Part shown: positions 1 to 14,800 of the stretch, piece after piece
How the letters are laid out: each line of letters starts with the position of its first letter
Position numbering within the stretch: position 1 is the first letter of the stretch
NCBI GenBank assembly: GCA_040954595.2
Contig: CM082583.2
Span: forward strand, 7,314,849 to 7,378,848
DNA: 64,000 nt
Direction: 5' to 3'
DNA from: Balanoglossus misakiensis
Lineage: Eukaryota > Animalia > Hemichordata
Notes under the pieces: model-generated
Seen by the model: only the letters and a program-made list of their open reading frames with translations
Database searches by the model: none
Told to the model about the DNA's origin: nothing
Translations under genes and position numbers: made by a program

Positions 1-333
1 AGCGTCTTCAAATAAAAGTTAAGCCTCATTCAATGCAAATTGTCTGTGAAGATTAGAAAGTTAAAATCAGTGTTTACTTAAAGTGGCAGCCTCCATGCAC
101 TGAATGTAATTGCAGAAACGGAGTCTAGTCGGAGTTTGCTATTTACGTTATCAAATCTTCAGCATAACTTTCCGGATTTTATAAATTTCTTAAATATTTG
201 TATCGCTGTCGGAGTTTTTTGTCTTGTTTACGAAACGTCAGAGCTTTGAAAGTGACGGAAGGACATACGGGATATTTCCGCGCCGAATTGCAAGATGGGA
301 AAACAATCAGCGTGAAGTTACTGCCTATAAACC

Positions 334-402
<69 letters not shown>
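334..402. repeat. (CAT)23 microsatellite
   Basis: Perfect trinucleotide run; it produces the poly-S and poly-I ORFs in the track. Confidence 0.98.
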
Positions 403-404
<2 letters not shown>

Positions 405-2736
405 CCATTACAATTGTTGTTGTTGTTTGTTTACATTATTGTTTGTCTACATAAAGGATGTTGAAACACCTTGAACTAGACATGCATACTATATACAGTT
501 CTTGTGGACTTTGAATCCAACAGGTCCATATTTTATTGTAAATATGTCAATGACTTGCTCTTTGCTCTAGATCTGTACTGGACATGAAATCATGGGACCA
601 TTTACGTGTTACGCCTACATGCAGGATGTGCTGTCCTCTGGGGACAAATACTTTGGCATGTTTGCGTTAGTAGCTATAGGATAACGCGTGACAATACAGT
701 ACCCAAAATAACGTCTTCTGTGCTCGTGAACATTGCAAAAAATTCTCTTAATTGGACAAAAGATATTTTCCTGGGAATGAACTGAAACAATGTTGTGCTT
801 TTCTGGGCATTCGTTTATCTGAAATATAATAATTGTATATTTTCTGCTTTTTCTCTTTTCAACAGGTTTTCATTTTGCGTGCTGAAAATATGCGGCCATG
901 CTCCACTCTTCACTTGCTGTCACCCACGCGTCTCAGGGGTTTTAAAAAATGACTTCTGCGTTTGACAGTCCAATGGTCGCACTCCTGTGACCTTCCAGTT
1001 GTTCTTGGGCTTTGACGCCGGTTGCACGGCACACTGGCACGTCGGATCGTTTAATGAGAGGTCTCCGGCGCCAGCCTCGTCGATTTTTCGTGGCAGCAGC
1101 CCTCGTCGCGTCTCCGGTTTGACTGCTGAGCTTGCTTTCACCCAAGCCCCCTTCGACTTGGCTAGACTGAGACAATCAAGAGTGTTCGTCATTGTACCTT
1201 TAACAAACACAAACGCGTATCATCTAATTACCCATCGTTCAACTCTATGCGGAGTTTCACTGCGCCTGGAAAAAAAGTGGGGTCTCGTAAAACGCCTTAA
1301 ATTATGGTGTTTTGTTTGGGTTTGAAGAATGAGTTTTCGGCGCTTTTTAGAGACCTCTGTGTAACCCTTTCTTTGCCGGGGACAGGTTCATCTCTCTCCT
1401 TAGAATCCGAAATCAGGCCAAGACAGGCGGGGGCGTGAGAAAAGGCAAGACACTCGCGACACCCATAAAACAATTCAGGAAGATGAGGGTACGGAGCTCG
1501 TCTTCATTTGATGTTAGCCTATTATTCCATCCAGGTCCCAAGTCGACAATATTTGAACAGCAACAGCGCGACTGCCAGTGGACCACATATGTTCACTCTG
1601 TACCTTGTAGTAATGTTCAGAAGTCAAAGTTTCCGAAGTTTATTTGTTTCTCTCTGTATCGTTCGAAATTTCGACCGCCTCGAAAAACTCATTTATCACG
1701 TGCAAATTTTGGACATTCTTGGTTGTTTCTCCGCGTTCTCTCGTCTTCTTTTTATTATCTTTTCTTTTTCGCTGAGGGTTGGTGGTCTCGAACCCCCCTC
1801 GCACATGCAATCTATCACTGACAAAACGTCCGGCAGTCGCGTGTGATCCGAAATGAGCACAGTCTCGCATGCCAGCCTACAGTCGTTGCCTGGCAACATG
1901 TACCAATTATGCACGGTTGCCAGGCGAAGACGCGCATAGCCCGAATCGCGTCCCCGCATCTGTTCGTAGTTTTTTCCACAGTAGCGAATACACCGTGACC
2001 GTTTGCCATTTGGTTACAAAGCTATTGTTTTAAAAATTGTAATCCCGTAAATGATTAGACTACGCTGATCCCTCGTTTATAGCTATAAAAACTCAACATT
2101 TTCCATCAATCATGAAGAAACGGGCCGAAATTCGAAGCGGTAGCAACTGGGGGAAATTAAACACATTTATAATATTTTTTTGCTTGACTTGCTAATTTTC
2201 CTACGTCCGGCCCGGCAGGACCATCCACTCAAAACCGAGAGAGAGAGAGAGAGCGCCGGGTAGAGACAGATCCACGAGAATGACTTGGAAACAAAACTTA
2301 CAAAATGATTACCACAAAGTGTCATATCAGCAGTACTTCTGATCAGTGTTTTGTGGGCCAACTATGGATTATGTCTTTTATTGAGAAGTGCCTTCGAAGC
2401 CTACAGCGTTAAAAGAGATGAGTGAAAGACAGATTTAGAACCAGCGCAAGTAATTACAGATATATACCGAGCGTTTTTTGCAGCCTTTGGTTTGTGTGAT
2501 TCAAGTGAGTGCTGCAACGAGTGAAACAATTTTGAATCCCATTTCTTTCTGCCATTTAGAGAAGAACAAAACAATGAAAGCGTGATTTCGACTGTGTTAT
2601 GTCAAGTTAAGTTACTTCTCAAGCAAGATACCTTACGTTTTTCCTGGTTTGCGCGACTACTCGTATTTTCAAATGGCTTAAGCCAAATCATTCACTCTTA
2701 CCCACCCACCCACTCACTCACTAACTTACGAATCTG

Positions 2737-2750
2737 GTTGCCATAGCAAC
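2737..2750. promoter_or_regulatory. RFX X-box motif GTTGCCATAGCAAC
   Basis: Near-perfect match to the palindromic X-box consensus; function untested. Confidence 0.5.
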
Positions 2751-4482
2751 GCCTAGAGATGTCGAAACACGGAATCATTACCCTGGATGAAAAAAAAAGA
2801 ACTTGAAGATAGAGATTATCTGCTATTCCCATCACGTGATCCCACCCCAATACTTAAATTAAAGCAAAACATAGATGGGACATAATACGGCAATATTATG
2901 CGTATGGAATATCTCGTTCGGTCTGTAAAACGCGGCATTTAGAGCGAGGCTTTCTCGGGAGCGGTGGAAACACGCACCGACCATCAATCAGAGACAGAGC
3001 TCTCCCCCTTGATCGATGTCTTTCAGACGAAGACAGACTGACTCGTCTCACCAATTTTCCGGATGAACAGCGTATTGATTAGCTTGGCTACACCGCTCTC
3101 TTTTTTGCCTCTCCACTTTTCAGCCGCGCGGACAGCCGGGCTCTATTCAGCTCCCACCGAATACCCTCCAACGTGTCTTGCAGCGACAATAGACTGTGAA
3201 TTTTTCACTTCAACGGATCTCTGAAGACAGGCGATGGCAAATCTTCTAACTGAAACTTCGCGTATAGGGCTACACGCAAACGCACTCACGATCCCTCAGT
3301 CTTACCTGAATACTCTGTATTACATTTATCGGGAAATTTCAATTGAAATTGATTGAGAAAACCGATAGCAAGTCTAAATCTTGTGGGGATTTTGCCCATT
3401 TTCGGCAACGTGGCGTTCTGTGATCTGGAGCGGAAAAAACATTTGATTTTCCCGCGCACTGCTGAATGTACACATTATGCCGTTCACAGAAGATTCAGTC
3501 GCCATAATCGAAAAGAAACTAATGTAGGGTCGAGTCGGTTCATTTGGCGCACACTCAGTACTTTTAAAAAATGAATGAATAATATATTAATACTATTATT
3601 ATTAATTGATAACGATAATGAAGACGGTATTTTGAGATTGTTAAGAAGGGAATTAAAATATAATCACAGAAACAGTCGCGTCTCGGATTGAATGCGATGG
3701 TTGGATAGTGAATATATCTGCTGGTCTGGTCACTGCTTCCCCGAGGTAAAAGTTTCCAATTCGACCTGTACCGTGTAAGTTCCCCGTTGGTCGTGCTGAT
3801 AAGGCCCCCTAATCGGCTGTCTACTGTTTCAGACTCGCAGAAATTGATTTTTTCCCGGGGCTCTGAGGAATACGAGATTAATATGCATCGAGGAAGCCCT
3901 GATTCTATCTCGTACGTTTGGAGGCCACAAGGCCCCAGAGATTTCATGCAGTTCGCGTTTTTTTTTGCCGTGCACACGAACGCAATAGCACCTGGGTCCA
4001 CGCTTTTCCTGCAGGCGATCTGACTTAAGAAAACAGTGGCACATTTTGAATTTAGCTACATTTGGCGCAATTCCCAAGATGGCGCTGCTTTTCTATGCCT
4101 GGATGACCTCTTCTCAGGAGAGCTGTCGGGGAGCAATGGGCCGCACTCTGCTCCCTCCTTGCCATGGAAACTCACGCAGGCTTTCCTGACGTTTACAACC
4201 TTTTACCCAAAAAAATCATGTCAGTTTCATGAAACAGAACATTAAAAATGAATACTCTGGCTTTATATTTGTGCACTATGCTTTTAAAAGCCACGTGGAT
4301 TGAAATGGACGTGTAGCAACTGTACCTAGACTCGACAAGGTCCTCTTGTATAGAAATTCTGTGCCTCAAAGATTAAGCTTGAGAATGGTTGCACAACGTA
4401 CAACAAAGGCTTTCGTTAAATTTAGGCATTAAGATTACAGCTTGCGTGTGTACGAGTGTAAAATAAAATAAATGATATGATT

Positions 4483-4483
4483 T

Positions 4484-4570
<87 letters not shown>

Positions 4571-4576
4571 TTGTAT

Positions 4577-4631
<55 letters not shown>

Positions 4632-4634
4632 TTT
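4483..4634. repeat. (TTTA)n microsatellite with one TTGTA interruption
   Basis: Read directly; about 150 bp. Confidence 0.98.
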
Positions 4635-7059
4635 GTATCCCTGTAGGTGATTAGAAATCAAGACAGTTTAACCATGACAACGATTGTTCACATAACATGG
4701 CCAAATCCAAACACATAATTGCAATATACTTTCAAATCAGATTTCAAACATTTAAAAGCCCGGCAACGTAACGAAACTTCCAGCATCAGTCACTTGAACT
4801 TCTGTCCGTCACTCTCTGATCAACGAAGCAAAGTTACAAGATGAGCTGTGATTGTATTCCTGCTGAATACAACCAGCAAACCAGAATGGCTCGAGTATTT
4901 TGCAAGTCTAGGCATGCGTAGTGAAGGAGATTCTTCATTCATCTCATCGCCAATCTTATCGTGTCTCGCTGCCAATTGATGCACACTCCAGCGATCCCGC
5001 CACCCAGGCGTATCATCGGTTAGCAATAAGATAATACAACATGAAAGCAGAAAAAATATATATAGATATTCCCCGCAAGGCGGTTTAGTAACCCTTCTCG
5101 AGTCGTGTAACCCTCGCCGGGTCTTTCTTCAAACTTTTCGATTCAAATTTCAAATCCAACTGCCTTTGGCTATATATCGGCCACAGCGTGAATATCTGAT
5201 AGACAGCTGGCCTGTAGTGACAGTGCTGACTTGTGTATGATTTCAATGCAGTAGTTTCCCGCCAAAGACAAGTGAGCGATAATTGTCGACAATTGGAGTT
5301 TTCCACATGTCAGAGTTCAACAAAACAAAATTTTGCCTTTCTTTGTAGTTGCCCTTGTTTACGTCAGTGTATAAGCTTATCTGCCGGTGGTTCGTTTGTT
5401 GATAAAATTGTGTTGTGTTCGAGTTTTCTGATTAACAGATTGGCGGGCGACTAGCGACTCGCCCGTGCCTATGAAAACAGTCCTTCGACAATACCCGGTA
5501 ATAATATTCACCAAATGGTGACGAAATGTGAATTAACTGGATGACAATGTTCCTATTACGAATCTTGTCTCCCGAGAAAGGGGATTTCAATACTTTCACG
5601 AAAAATGTATTGATAAATATTTTTAATCTGAAAGGAGGCGGCGAAAAGCCACGGAGTTCAAAGGTTATGACTGGAGGCTTCCAAATGAATTGAAAATCCA
5701 CGTTTCACTTTTGACATTGGCGAAGTGCGGTAATAACCCGCTGCATTAGGCGCGCCGACTTTGCATGCGTCATCATAGCTCAACTCGGAAGGGAAACCCG
5801 CCTTCGCGTTACTGCACTTTCTTTTCTCCACGTACAATTGAGAGACAATGGAAGGTCCCCACGTGCCACCCTTGATTAAATCCAAGCCACGAATGATGTT
5901 GAATTAAATCATTAATATAACTCTTCAGGCTTTCGGATCCAACTCTCCGGGGATTATACTCCGGTATTACTAAAATTCTATCAAAGTTGATAAAAATTAA
6001 GCTGAATTTTGTAATTTTTGACAGTTTTCCGTGTTCGACGGATACATCGAACATAAATGTGACGACAGGGTCTGCATTTTATTTCTCCCTTGTGGCATAT
6101 TCGTGGACAACTCAGTGAAATGTGAGATTTTCGGATTCGCGCCAATTCATCACATTACAACGTAAACGACACCATTATTTGATGGAAAAATTACAAAATA
6201 TCTCAAACGGCTGCTGAAAGTTTGGTCTGCTAATGCACTGGGATGTAAAAAAGCACACGCGAATTGATATCATCTGCCGTGCATGTAAGATTGATGAAAA
6301 AAACGTGCCTGTTGACTGGAACTGTTCGTTCGAAATTTTGGCGGGAAAATCGCGGAGTTGCACGTATAGTCTCTGCATAGTGGAGTTGGTGAAGTGATCG
6401 AGTTTTCCGTGTCACTTCACGTGTCTTGCTTGGAGGAGTCTGAAGCTCGCCATGCTTCATTTCTCGGGTGTAAAAGCAGTCTGGCTGTCGTTACACTCAA
6501 GCGTTAAAAACAAGCTTAGTGTTCTTCAAATTTTAACCAGGGATGGCGGGGATATGTATAATCAAAGCAAAATTCTGCACTCTTTGGGGACACGGCGCAA
6601 TTTGATAGACACACTCTCTTCAGAGTTACTGTACCTGTAGGGCGAAAGCAAATACCCGGCATTTTAGGTCAGCGTTTTAAGCAGTTCAGTTCAACCATCA
6701 CGACAACTGCACAGTCGGGAAAGTTCGGGCAGCCGTATGACCCCTGTTTCAACCACGGAGATCAGTCAGCGAAACTATTAGTGTCTTCGAGATAGACTCA
6801 TACTTCTCATGCACACCTGGCATGCAAATTAAGCAAGTTGCATGGAAATTTCTGAGACGATCTCAGGTCTGGTTCACCACGTGTTATATATTCATTTACA
6901 ATTGACAATGACCCCGAATTCTACAGAATTGCATTTTGGACACATTTCGAAATCATTTTCAAACTCACATGGACGGTTTAGAACTGTCCCCCAAAGCTCC
7001 ATCTCCCACTACATGTATGTCAGAATACCTAATTTATCAGTTTCCCTTTAGTCGGGCGG

Positions 7060-7262
7060 TCTGCCTCAGATCTGCCCGCTGTCTGTCCCCGTGTCTATTA
7101 TTCTATTTCCTGTCGCCCTGTCGTCAGACTCTCCTTCTTCGTTTCTGCTCCATGTCTATCTATATGCGTGGGTGTTGTTTGTCTGTTTCTGGCTGTCTCT
7201 GTTCGTCCATCCATCTCTGATTGTCAGTCAGTCCGTCAGCCAGTCTGTCTGTATGTCTCTGA
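7060..7262. repeat. Degenerate (TCTG/TCAG)n low-complexity tract
   Basis: Repeated tctg, gtct and gtca units. Confidence 0.7.
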
Positions 7263-10200
7263 CTCCCTTCGAGTCTCTTCCCGACAGCACCCTCGGCACG
7301 CGCCCCTAAATTATGAAATCTCCGAGTAAGAGGAATCTGGAAGATTAATTAGTTAATTCTAGCAAGAATTACACGTACCAGTCTATGAGAGTGGAATTAT
7401 GAGAGTAGAATGTCTATCAATGATTAAAGACGATATCAATATTTAAAATGCATTTACAATGGAGAAAGCCTACCCATTCACTGATATTTCAAAGGAAATT
7501 TCATGCCCAGGTACATTTCATCTTCAAATTCGCCGACGCGGTCTTTATTTATTCAGTAGGGCAACGGACTGTCACCGATGGACTGATAACGATGACCGTG
7601 TCCAAAAGGCGTAACCCGTGGACACAGTAAACCCGCCACCGTGGTGTATGCGGGACACCCAAGAGAAAACACGGTGACCTCATTCGTTTGACCTTTCTAT
7701 TCTTTGTATATCTTGCCGTCGCTCGCATGAGACACAGATACTTCTTGTTTCTCTCTCTGAACACAGGCAGGGTCGCAATTGGCTCGCCGCTACCTCTCCG
7801 ATTATTCGCCGAAAAACGCAGCATAGAAGCCATGCTTAACGCATCATTTGTCGTGCACAAAGCCTGGGATGGACAACCATTATCCGGCATTGTCAAATGT
7901 GCCCCGGGTCTATTTGCTCTGTGTACCGCCCCCAGTGGGGGTATCCATCGGACCCAGTGATGCAGTTAACGCAGTCGGTGAACAAAACTTCTTGGATGGC
8001 AACAATGCAACGTGTACACGCACAATACCGGCAATGCACCGGCGCATCCATCCCTGTAGCCTGAGCCCTTTATGCTGCACAGCAATCCAACGCCCCTCTC
8101 CCCCCCCCCCAAGATGGCGTGTATGAAAATAGACCCTGACTTGACTAATAAAAATTTAAGTGATGAAAACGCGCCGAAAAGCCGGTTGTCGATTTCGCGT
8201 CTATTGGGCCGGCGGCATTTCTATATATATATACAAAAAATCTACATTCTCTCGTCTTCAACATTCAGTTTTTCTAAGACGCCGCAGGGGCGAGAAGGAT
8301 TGTAATGCAGGAACCCCCAAAACAGTCATAAGATACAGGGTCCATGTAAGATTTCACAAACTGATTCTCATTTACGTTTAACCCGAAATTCGGGACTTTT
8401 CTCTCTCTCCTGTAAATTGCTCAGTATCAGTATAACATTGTAGATTAAGGTGACTTCGGGTCTATCTCTCTGAAAATCTTATCAACCTTGCTCTAGATGA
8501 ATATTGTTTTATACTACACTTTTCATTGCATGTCCGTACTGCTTTCTTGCCTGCCTTCCCCGTCAGTCTCCGTGCGAATCACGAATCGGCTGTTTATCTG
8601 TGCAGTTTGATGTACTCGTGTCGTTCGATGTCACCGTGTTTATTAATTAAGGCAAACTAAAAGTGATTTATTCTGGGCGACGGTAATTTATGTCGAAGTA
8701 ATAAGCCTCGGCCCCCCTGCAGAATCCAAGTTAAACAAACCAATCGTAAATATTCACGTCGACACCTCTGTCCCCGAAAGATCGATTCGAATTGAATGTC
8801 GGGATTTGGAGAAAAAAAGGCAACGCGGCGGTGGCTGTGGTCACTTTTTGATTATTTTGGTTTGTAGTCCATTCATCATAAAATCGCACAGGATATTAGT
8901 AACACTAGTCAAACAGCCATTCATCTTGTTGTTGCGCTGACGAGATCCCAGTAAAGTCATGACCTTTCACTGTGCTATCCCACAAGCCTTTGTGCGACTT
9001 CTCGTATCTTTGCGATCTTCATAATCCAGCGGCGAAAAAGAACTATTGTGTGTGTTTTAATCATTTTTTCCCGAACTTTATAAGTATCGCAGTCTCAATG
9101 AAAATGTTTATTCGTCCGAAAAAAAGAAAAGAAAAGAAAATCCTATCACACGAGATTTCATTTGAAAAAATCACCTGGAGAATTAATTCACTTTTGACAC
9201 GAGCGGCCGCTATAAATGTTGTTACTGACACATGGCACTTTGTCGGACTCCATACTGTTTTGGTCAAGTTGGAAAAGTGCTCCAACGGTCGAGGCGATTT
9301 CCCATAAAAGGGACTCTGCATCGAAATATTGATTTCAAGTGAAACCATCACGTGATTTATAATAATGCCTGTTTTGTATTTCATTGGCGAATTTGATGTC
9401 TGCCAGCGGAGGGGGTGCCGTCTTTTGGCCCAGTTGACACAAAGCTTTTTGTGCGGCTGTCTGTCTTATAAATAGGCACAGATGATAGGGAACATCCCAC
9501 GTTTGGCCACAAATCCGCTTAAAACTATGTGAATACCTCAATGGCAGCTGGTTGACCGGCTATCGGAAAGCACCGACGTGGTGACAGAATAGGCACAACA
9601 AACTACCGTGACTCTGCGCTGCCTTCGAAATAATCACCATCCGTTCCTTTGTTGGTGAACTGGGCTCCGCTGCGGGCTAGGATTTGGGTCTGGCCTCCGA
9701 GTCGCGCTCTCTCCGCTGTTGTCACGCACGTCACGTGGGCACAGATTCGCAATTGCTGCAAGACACGGAGATATGAACCGTCCAGAAGTCTCTGATAAAG
9801 TCGTTTTGACTTCCATACTGAAGACGCCCGGAGTAATTCCAGGGTTTGACTCTCGTTCGGATTTTTTTTGCCGGGTACATCCCAAGTTCTTTTCCCGTCA
9901 AAGCTTTCACAACTTATGAAGCTGTTGTCATAAGCGTATGTTGCAGTTAAATATTCCAAGGGCGACATAGTTCAAAACCGTAAATCGGCGACAGTTTTCA
10001 AGTCAGTGTGTCCAGGAAGACCAAAATCCAAGAACCAAAAACACAAATGGTGTCTTCTCCAAAATCTGAAACCTTCGCGTTCATTAATTCAAAAAAATCT
10101 CACACCTGTACTTTAACAATTGAATAGTTAAATGTAAATGCGTATTCTATTACACATATACCCGATCGTTAGTGGCAGTCATGTCAGCCTTGCTATGATA

Positions 10201-11736
10201 ATTATATCTGCTTCACAAGCGTTAATTGATTTTGTGTTCCACGTTGAACCAATATTTGATTTCAGTGTACTTCTAAATGCACCGGGCAAAACAATATTCT
10301 GTGACTATTTTAGCGCTAGCCAAATTTCCTGACAAAATTAATCATTCTTTCATTCGAAAAGCCTAGCGGGGACGTCAGCTATTAACTAAGTTGAAATTTG
10401 ATAGGCAACTGGGGAAAGTCCATGAATACAGTGCTTTCATTTTTATAATAATGGCATAAAAAGTTAATTTCTGTCAAGATCTCTCTCTTATAACCTGTTT
10501 TAGCACTATCGTTACATCCGCATAACGGTGACGTCGATATGTTGTGTTCCATTATGAGGGTTTGTTCGGCTGCCCTGAGTATCCTTGTCAAATTGGCTGC
10601 AGATTACATTTTTATGACGCTCCATAGATTTAAAGGTATACGGTCACCTATATCAAGTTCTTCTCCGTGAAGCAAACTTAACACCGAGTACTTGTATTAT
10701 CTTAGACGAGCACTCTGAGGTAATATCCATGGTAACAGAAACTTCCGGACACTGCTAGCCAATCAACGGCATTGACTCAACGGCCAGTTCAAAAAAGTAT
10801 TGACACTTGAAATGGGCGCGATGAACACTTGCAACCTGTTGGAAAGCGGTTCGGCTACTTGATATTTATTTGAGACGCATCTATGGTTCATTATTTGAAG
10901 TAACAAGCTACATATTACAAGTTACAGACAGTCGCCCTTTAAGATATGCAGCTGTACTGTCAGGTGCAATGAACCCGGTAATCATTACATATTATTCTCT
11001 TCTGTTGCCTTCTACAATAGACTCTAAGATCTTATTTCATGATCTATGTCCGAAAGTACCTCTCATCATTTCAACACCTTTTTGCATAGAGAGACCCAAG
11101 AAATAAAAATTGCACCCCAAGGATAAAAGGAGGATTTTATGTTCTTCCGTCTAATGTTTACAGGATGCAGTTTTGTTTTATCACCTCCCGTTTATTCTCT
11201 GCAGATTCATTTTGTCGCCCGCTTTTCTTTAGCACACACATAAATCAGGGTCACATTTAGATCAAATCCTAATTTTTATTTTCTATGGGTCTTTTCTGAA
11301 TTTTGTTGCTTGTTAACACCTATGTCTGGCTCTCTACCTGTCGTCTATGCTTGTTGTTTTAGTGCTATTTTGTCTCAGTCTCCATCACCACATATCTTCT
11401 TACGTATACATACAACGTCACATACCCACGTTCGCGACAAACGGAAAGTTTCTTTCCGAGAACTGCTCAGTGACCCCGTTGACCCTAATCTTTTATTCCT
11501 CGGCGGTACTCTGTTCCGGAGAAAATTTGCCTTTCAATTTATTTCGTCTTCTTCAACCCCGGAGAGCTTACATCCGCCAACGTATTCTTTGTTTGATCCG
11601 TCGCCGATTCTAAAATACCCGAGGAGTCCTGGACTTGTGCAAGTAAAGCTGAAGCTCGCTACAAACGCTCTGTGGTGACTTTGTGGAGTCATTTTATCTC
11701 ACATGTGTGAGCACGTGGGTTAATGTCATACTGATA

Positions 11737-11810
11737 TCTGTCTGTCTGTCTGTCTATCTGCCTCTCTGTCTGTCTGTCTGATTGCCTGCCTGCTGGTCTG
11801 CCTGCCTGCG
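11737..11810. repeat. (TCTG)n/(CCTG)n imperfect microsatellite
   Basis: tctgtctgtctgtctgtctatctgcc...gcctgcctgc. Confidence 0.85.
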
Positions 11811-14800
11811 CTGCTAACATGAGATTTCAAGAACTTGACGAATCAACAGGTTCAAGTCAAATGGCCGGCAAGAACCTATCGCGTATTGATGAAATCATCA
11901 AAGATAATTTTTTCTGATAACGGTTGTCTTTGGCGCTTCTGTGTTCAATATACGCAATGTCAAGTGATAAATTCACGATTTGTAAGTATGTTCTCCGAAC
12001 ACGCATTTTATGTCCGTCCCCATAATCATCCGGTTAGCTGGATGAAAGCAATATATCGGAATAGACCGACAGAAAGCGACAATTACTGGTTTACGCTGGA
12101 ATAATAACTGAATGCAGAGGCAGCGACTCAACCACCGTGAAGACATGAAGACAGAGAAAAACCACATTCTAATCAACGGACAAAGAAATGCCGTGGGCAC
12201 CCAGTCCATACGTACCAAGGGGATTACAATTGCAAATGACAATTAATTAAATAGGTCAATTATTGACATCAATCACTAATTTTCTGATTAAAACGGAAGA
12301 AAATATTAATTTGAAGTAGAATAAAAAAAAACGAATGTTACAGTGGAAAAGCGAGAGATAGTTTTAATTAAGTTGGAACTGGACCATTGGGAGTGACGGT
12401 ATAAATGGTAATGAGAGAAGGTTGGTTTCGTTCAGTTGCGCTGACCTGCATTTTGTTGCTTAATTGGCAGATTGAATAATGGTTTGTACAATGATATGAA
12501 TTTTAGTAAAGAAAATCAACAGGATATAGTATTTCGGGGTTTATTTGGCATTATAGAATTAAAGAAATGACGTTTGTTTCTTATCTGTTGGAGGGCCACT
12601 ATCTAGGCCTATAACTTATGTCTGCAGTGTTTTTTCAGTACATGTATTTTTGTTTGTTATGGATTACATTTTCTTGTTCTCCTCCCTATAGATTCTGTTT
12701 CCTGCTTGTCACATACACGTCATATCATTACAGATGGTTACTTTGTCAATGAACTAGAATAAAGCCTTAGCCGTTTGCACCAATAAAATTCACAAGAAAT
12801 TTCATTAGTGTCTATAAATAATGAAATTGTGATTATCCAAAGGAAGTGGCAGCCATGCAGCACGTTTTATTTGTTTCTGACCACTGAGTTGTAAAGAATC
12901 CACTGGGATCACGATATTGCAATATTAGGCTACATGACCGAGACGATGGTGGGCAAGGATGAATGGATGAGGTTCGGGAGGGCGCGTTTAATTCTAAGCC
13001 AGATTATGCCCTCTCTGTTCGGTTATATATGGGTCACGTGTGATGCCCCTTATCCTGTTTTGCGACTTTTCTCCCTTTGTTTTAAATTACTGTATCATGG
13101 TCCAACTAATATACAGGCAAATAAGGGTAACAATGACGAATATACCTGCCCCATTAACTTTCTGACAGCAACGTGTCCATCGTCGTTATCATTCACGACG
13201 TCATCAGTGAATATTTCTTTATTAAATTAAATTCTTCTACCACTTTTTGGTTCATTTCCTTGAAATTACAGAAACGTGACGTATTGCGGGGAATCAGGCG
13301 AAGCATGTGTATTTGCACTGGGATTAATAATCGATACACACAATTTCCACGTGACTGTTTTTTTTTCCTCTCTCGCTTTCTCTCATGTCTCAGAACACCC
13401 CCGGGTGTCGAGTTGATTATACGGCCACACAACTTTTATTGGGCCGGCGTTCATCGCCAATTGGAAACACAGATCCCTTGCTGCTTTCTTGTGTGAATGT
13501 TCTCTCCGGTGAAGAAAGGGATCTCCGAGTTAGATAGCGAGTGAAAGGCGGGAAAACGCCGACCAAATGAATTCCTTTTTCCCAACTGAGCGTCAAGCTG
13601 CGACTCAATGGAAATTAGCTTGTTGGCGTAGAAAATTAAAAAGAAAAACCCGTGTGCGAGGAGAAATGAGTCGAGACCAACAGTGGCAGCGAAGCTGATG
13701 AAATCTGCACAGTATGAAATGATACACTCCCCGAGGAAATAAAACTCGCCAAGTTGTTATTAAACGTGGAAATTAAACGCTCGGAAGGGGAACTGACTGG
13801 ATTGTTCTCGTCGTCGTGATATTGGTAATTTGGTCGGGTTAAAATGATAATCGGCGTAACGCGTTATTAATCAAAGGAGTCGTGTAGCGTATTACAAGTA
13901 TACGCGGTGTGTCGCTTTCGCTCTGACCTGACGTGATTCGAGTGGTTGTTATTCAACGTGCCCCGCGTGTGTATGTACATGGATCGGAAACTAGATCCGC
14001 GGGCGACATGTTTTTTTTTCCTTACTGGCCACGTTTGAATCGTGTTGTCATAGAAACACTGCGAATCAAAATGCAGATGAGCCGATAACCCAAACGCGCT
14101 ATCCAAGCACATTCCGAGAATTTATTTTTCACCGATGTAAAATCGATACTTTTTCGACAATTACTCGTTTGAACAGATGTTAAACGGTGTAGTGGGCTTT
14201 GTTTACATCCAGTTTTCGGCTTCAATATCACTTAGCAACCAGTCATTGCCTTGGAAACCTAGTATAGGTGTGAATAAATTCGAAATATTATCATGATCCG
14301 GTGACGATTCGGGACATCTGGTCGCTTGGCCAGTGACGAAACATTTTGGATTTCATTGATGAAACTCTGTCGATATTGTCATGACGTCAAAGTATATAAT
14401 TTCACAGAGATGAGTACGCAAGCGCCATTGATTTATTCAAAAGATGCGGAAATTCTTCCTCAGTCACGAAGACGAATAGCGGAAATGTTAACGCTTGTCC
14501 TGTTGAGTACAACTCAAAGAAGTTGGTCGTGGATGTGTGTCGTTGGTGAAAATACAACTTTGTCCATCAGAAAAACTTGCAGTCGAGGGGTGTTGCAGGT
14601 CAAGGGCGTAATATTAGGCGGATTCCTCACAGCAACGACAATAAGGTTATATATATTTTTACATAACACTTACGGCAACGAAAAGTGCGCGTTTGGTATC
14701 ACGCAGCGCGTGTGTATGAGAGTATCAACTGGGGAGCAGGCTTACTACTGGGCGTGGCACAGTGCTGACTAGACAGTGCACGTTTCATACGAAGACCATA

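Noticed and set aside
198-464. Poly-Ser and poly-Ile ORFs
   Set aside because: They are artefacts of the (CAT)23 microsatellite.
1774-1830. B-box-like GGTTCGAGACC on the minus strand (possible tRNA or SINE)
   Set aside because: There is no convincing A-box at the proper spacing, no cloverleaf and no second copy in the window.
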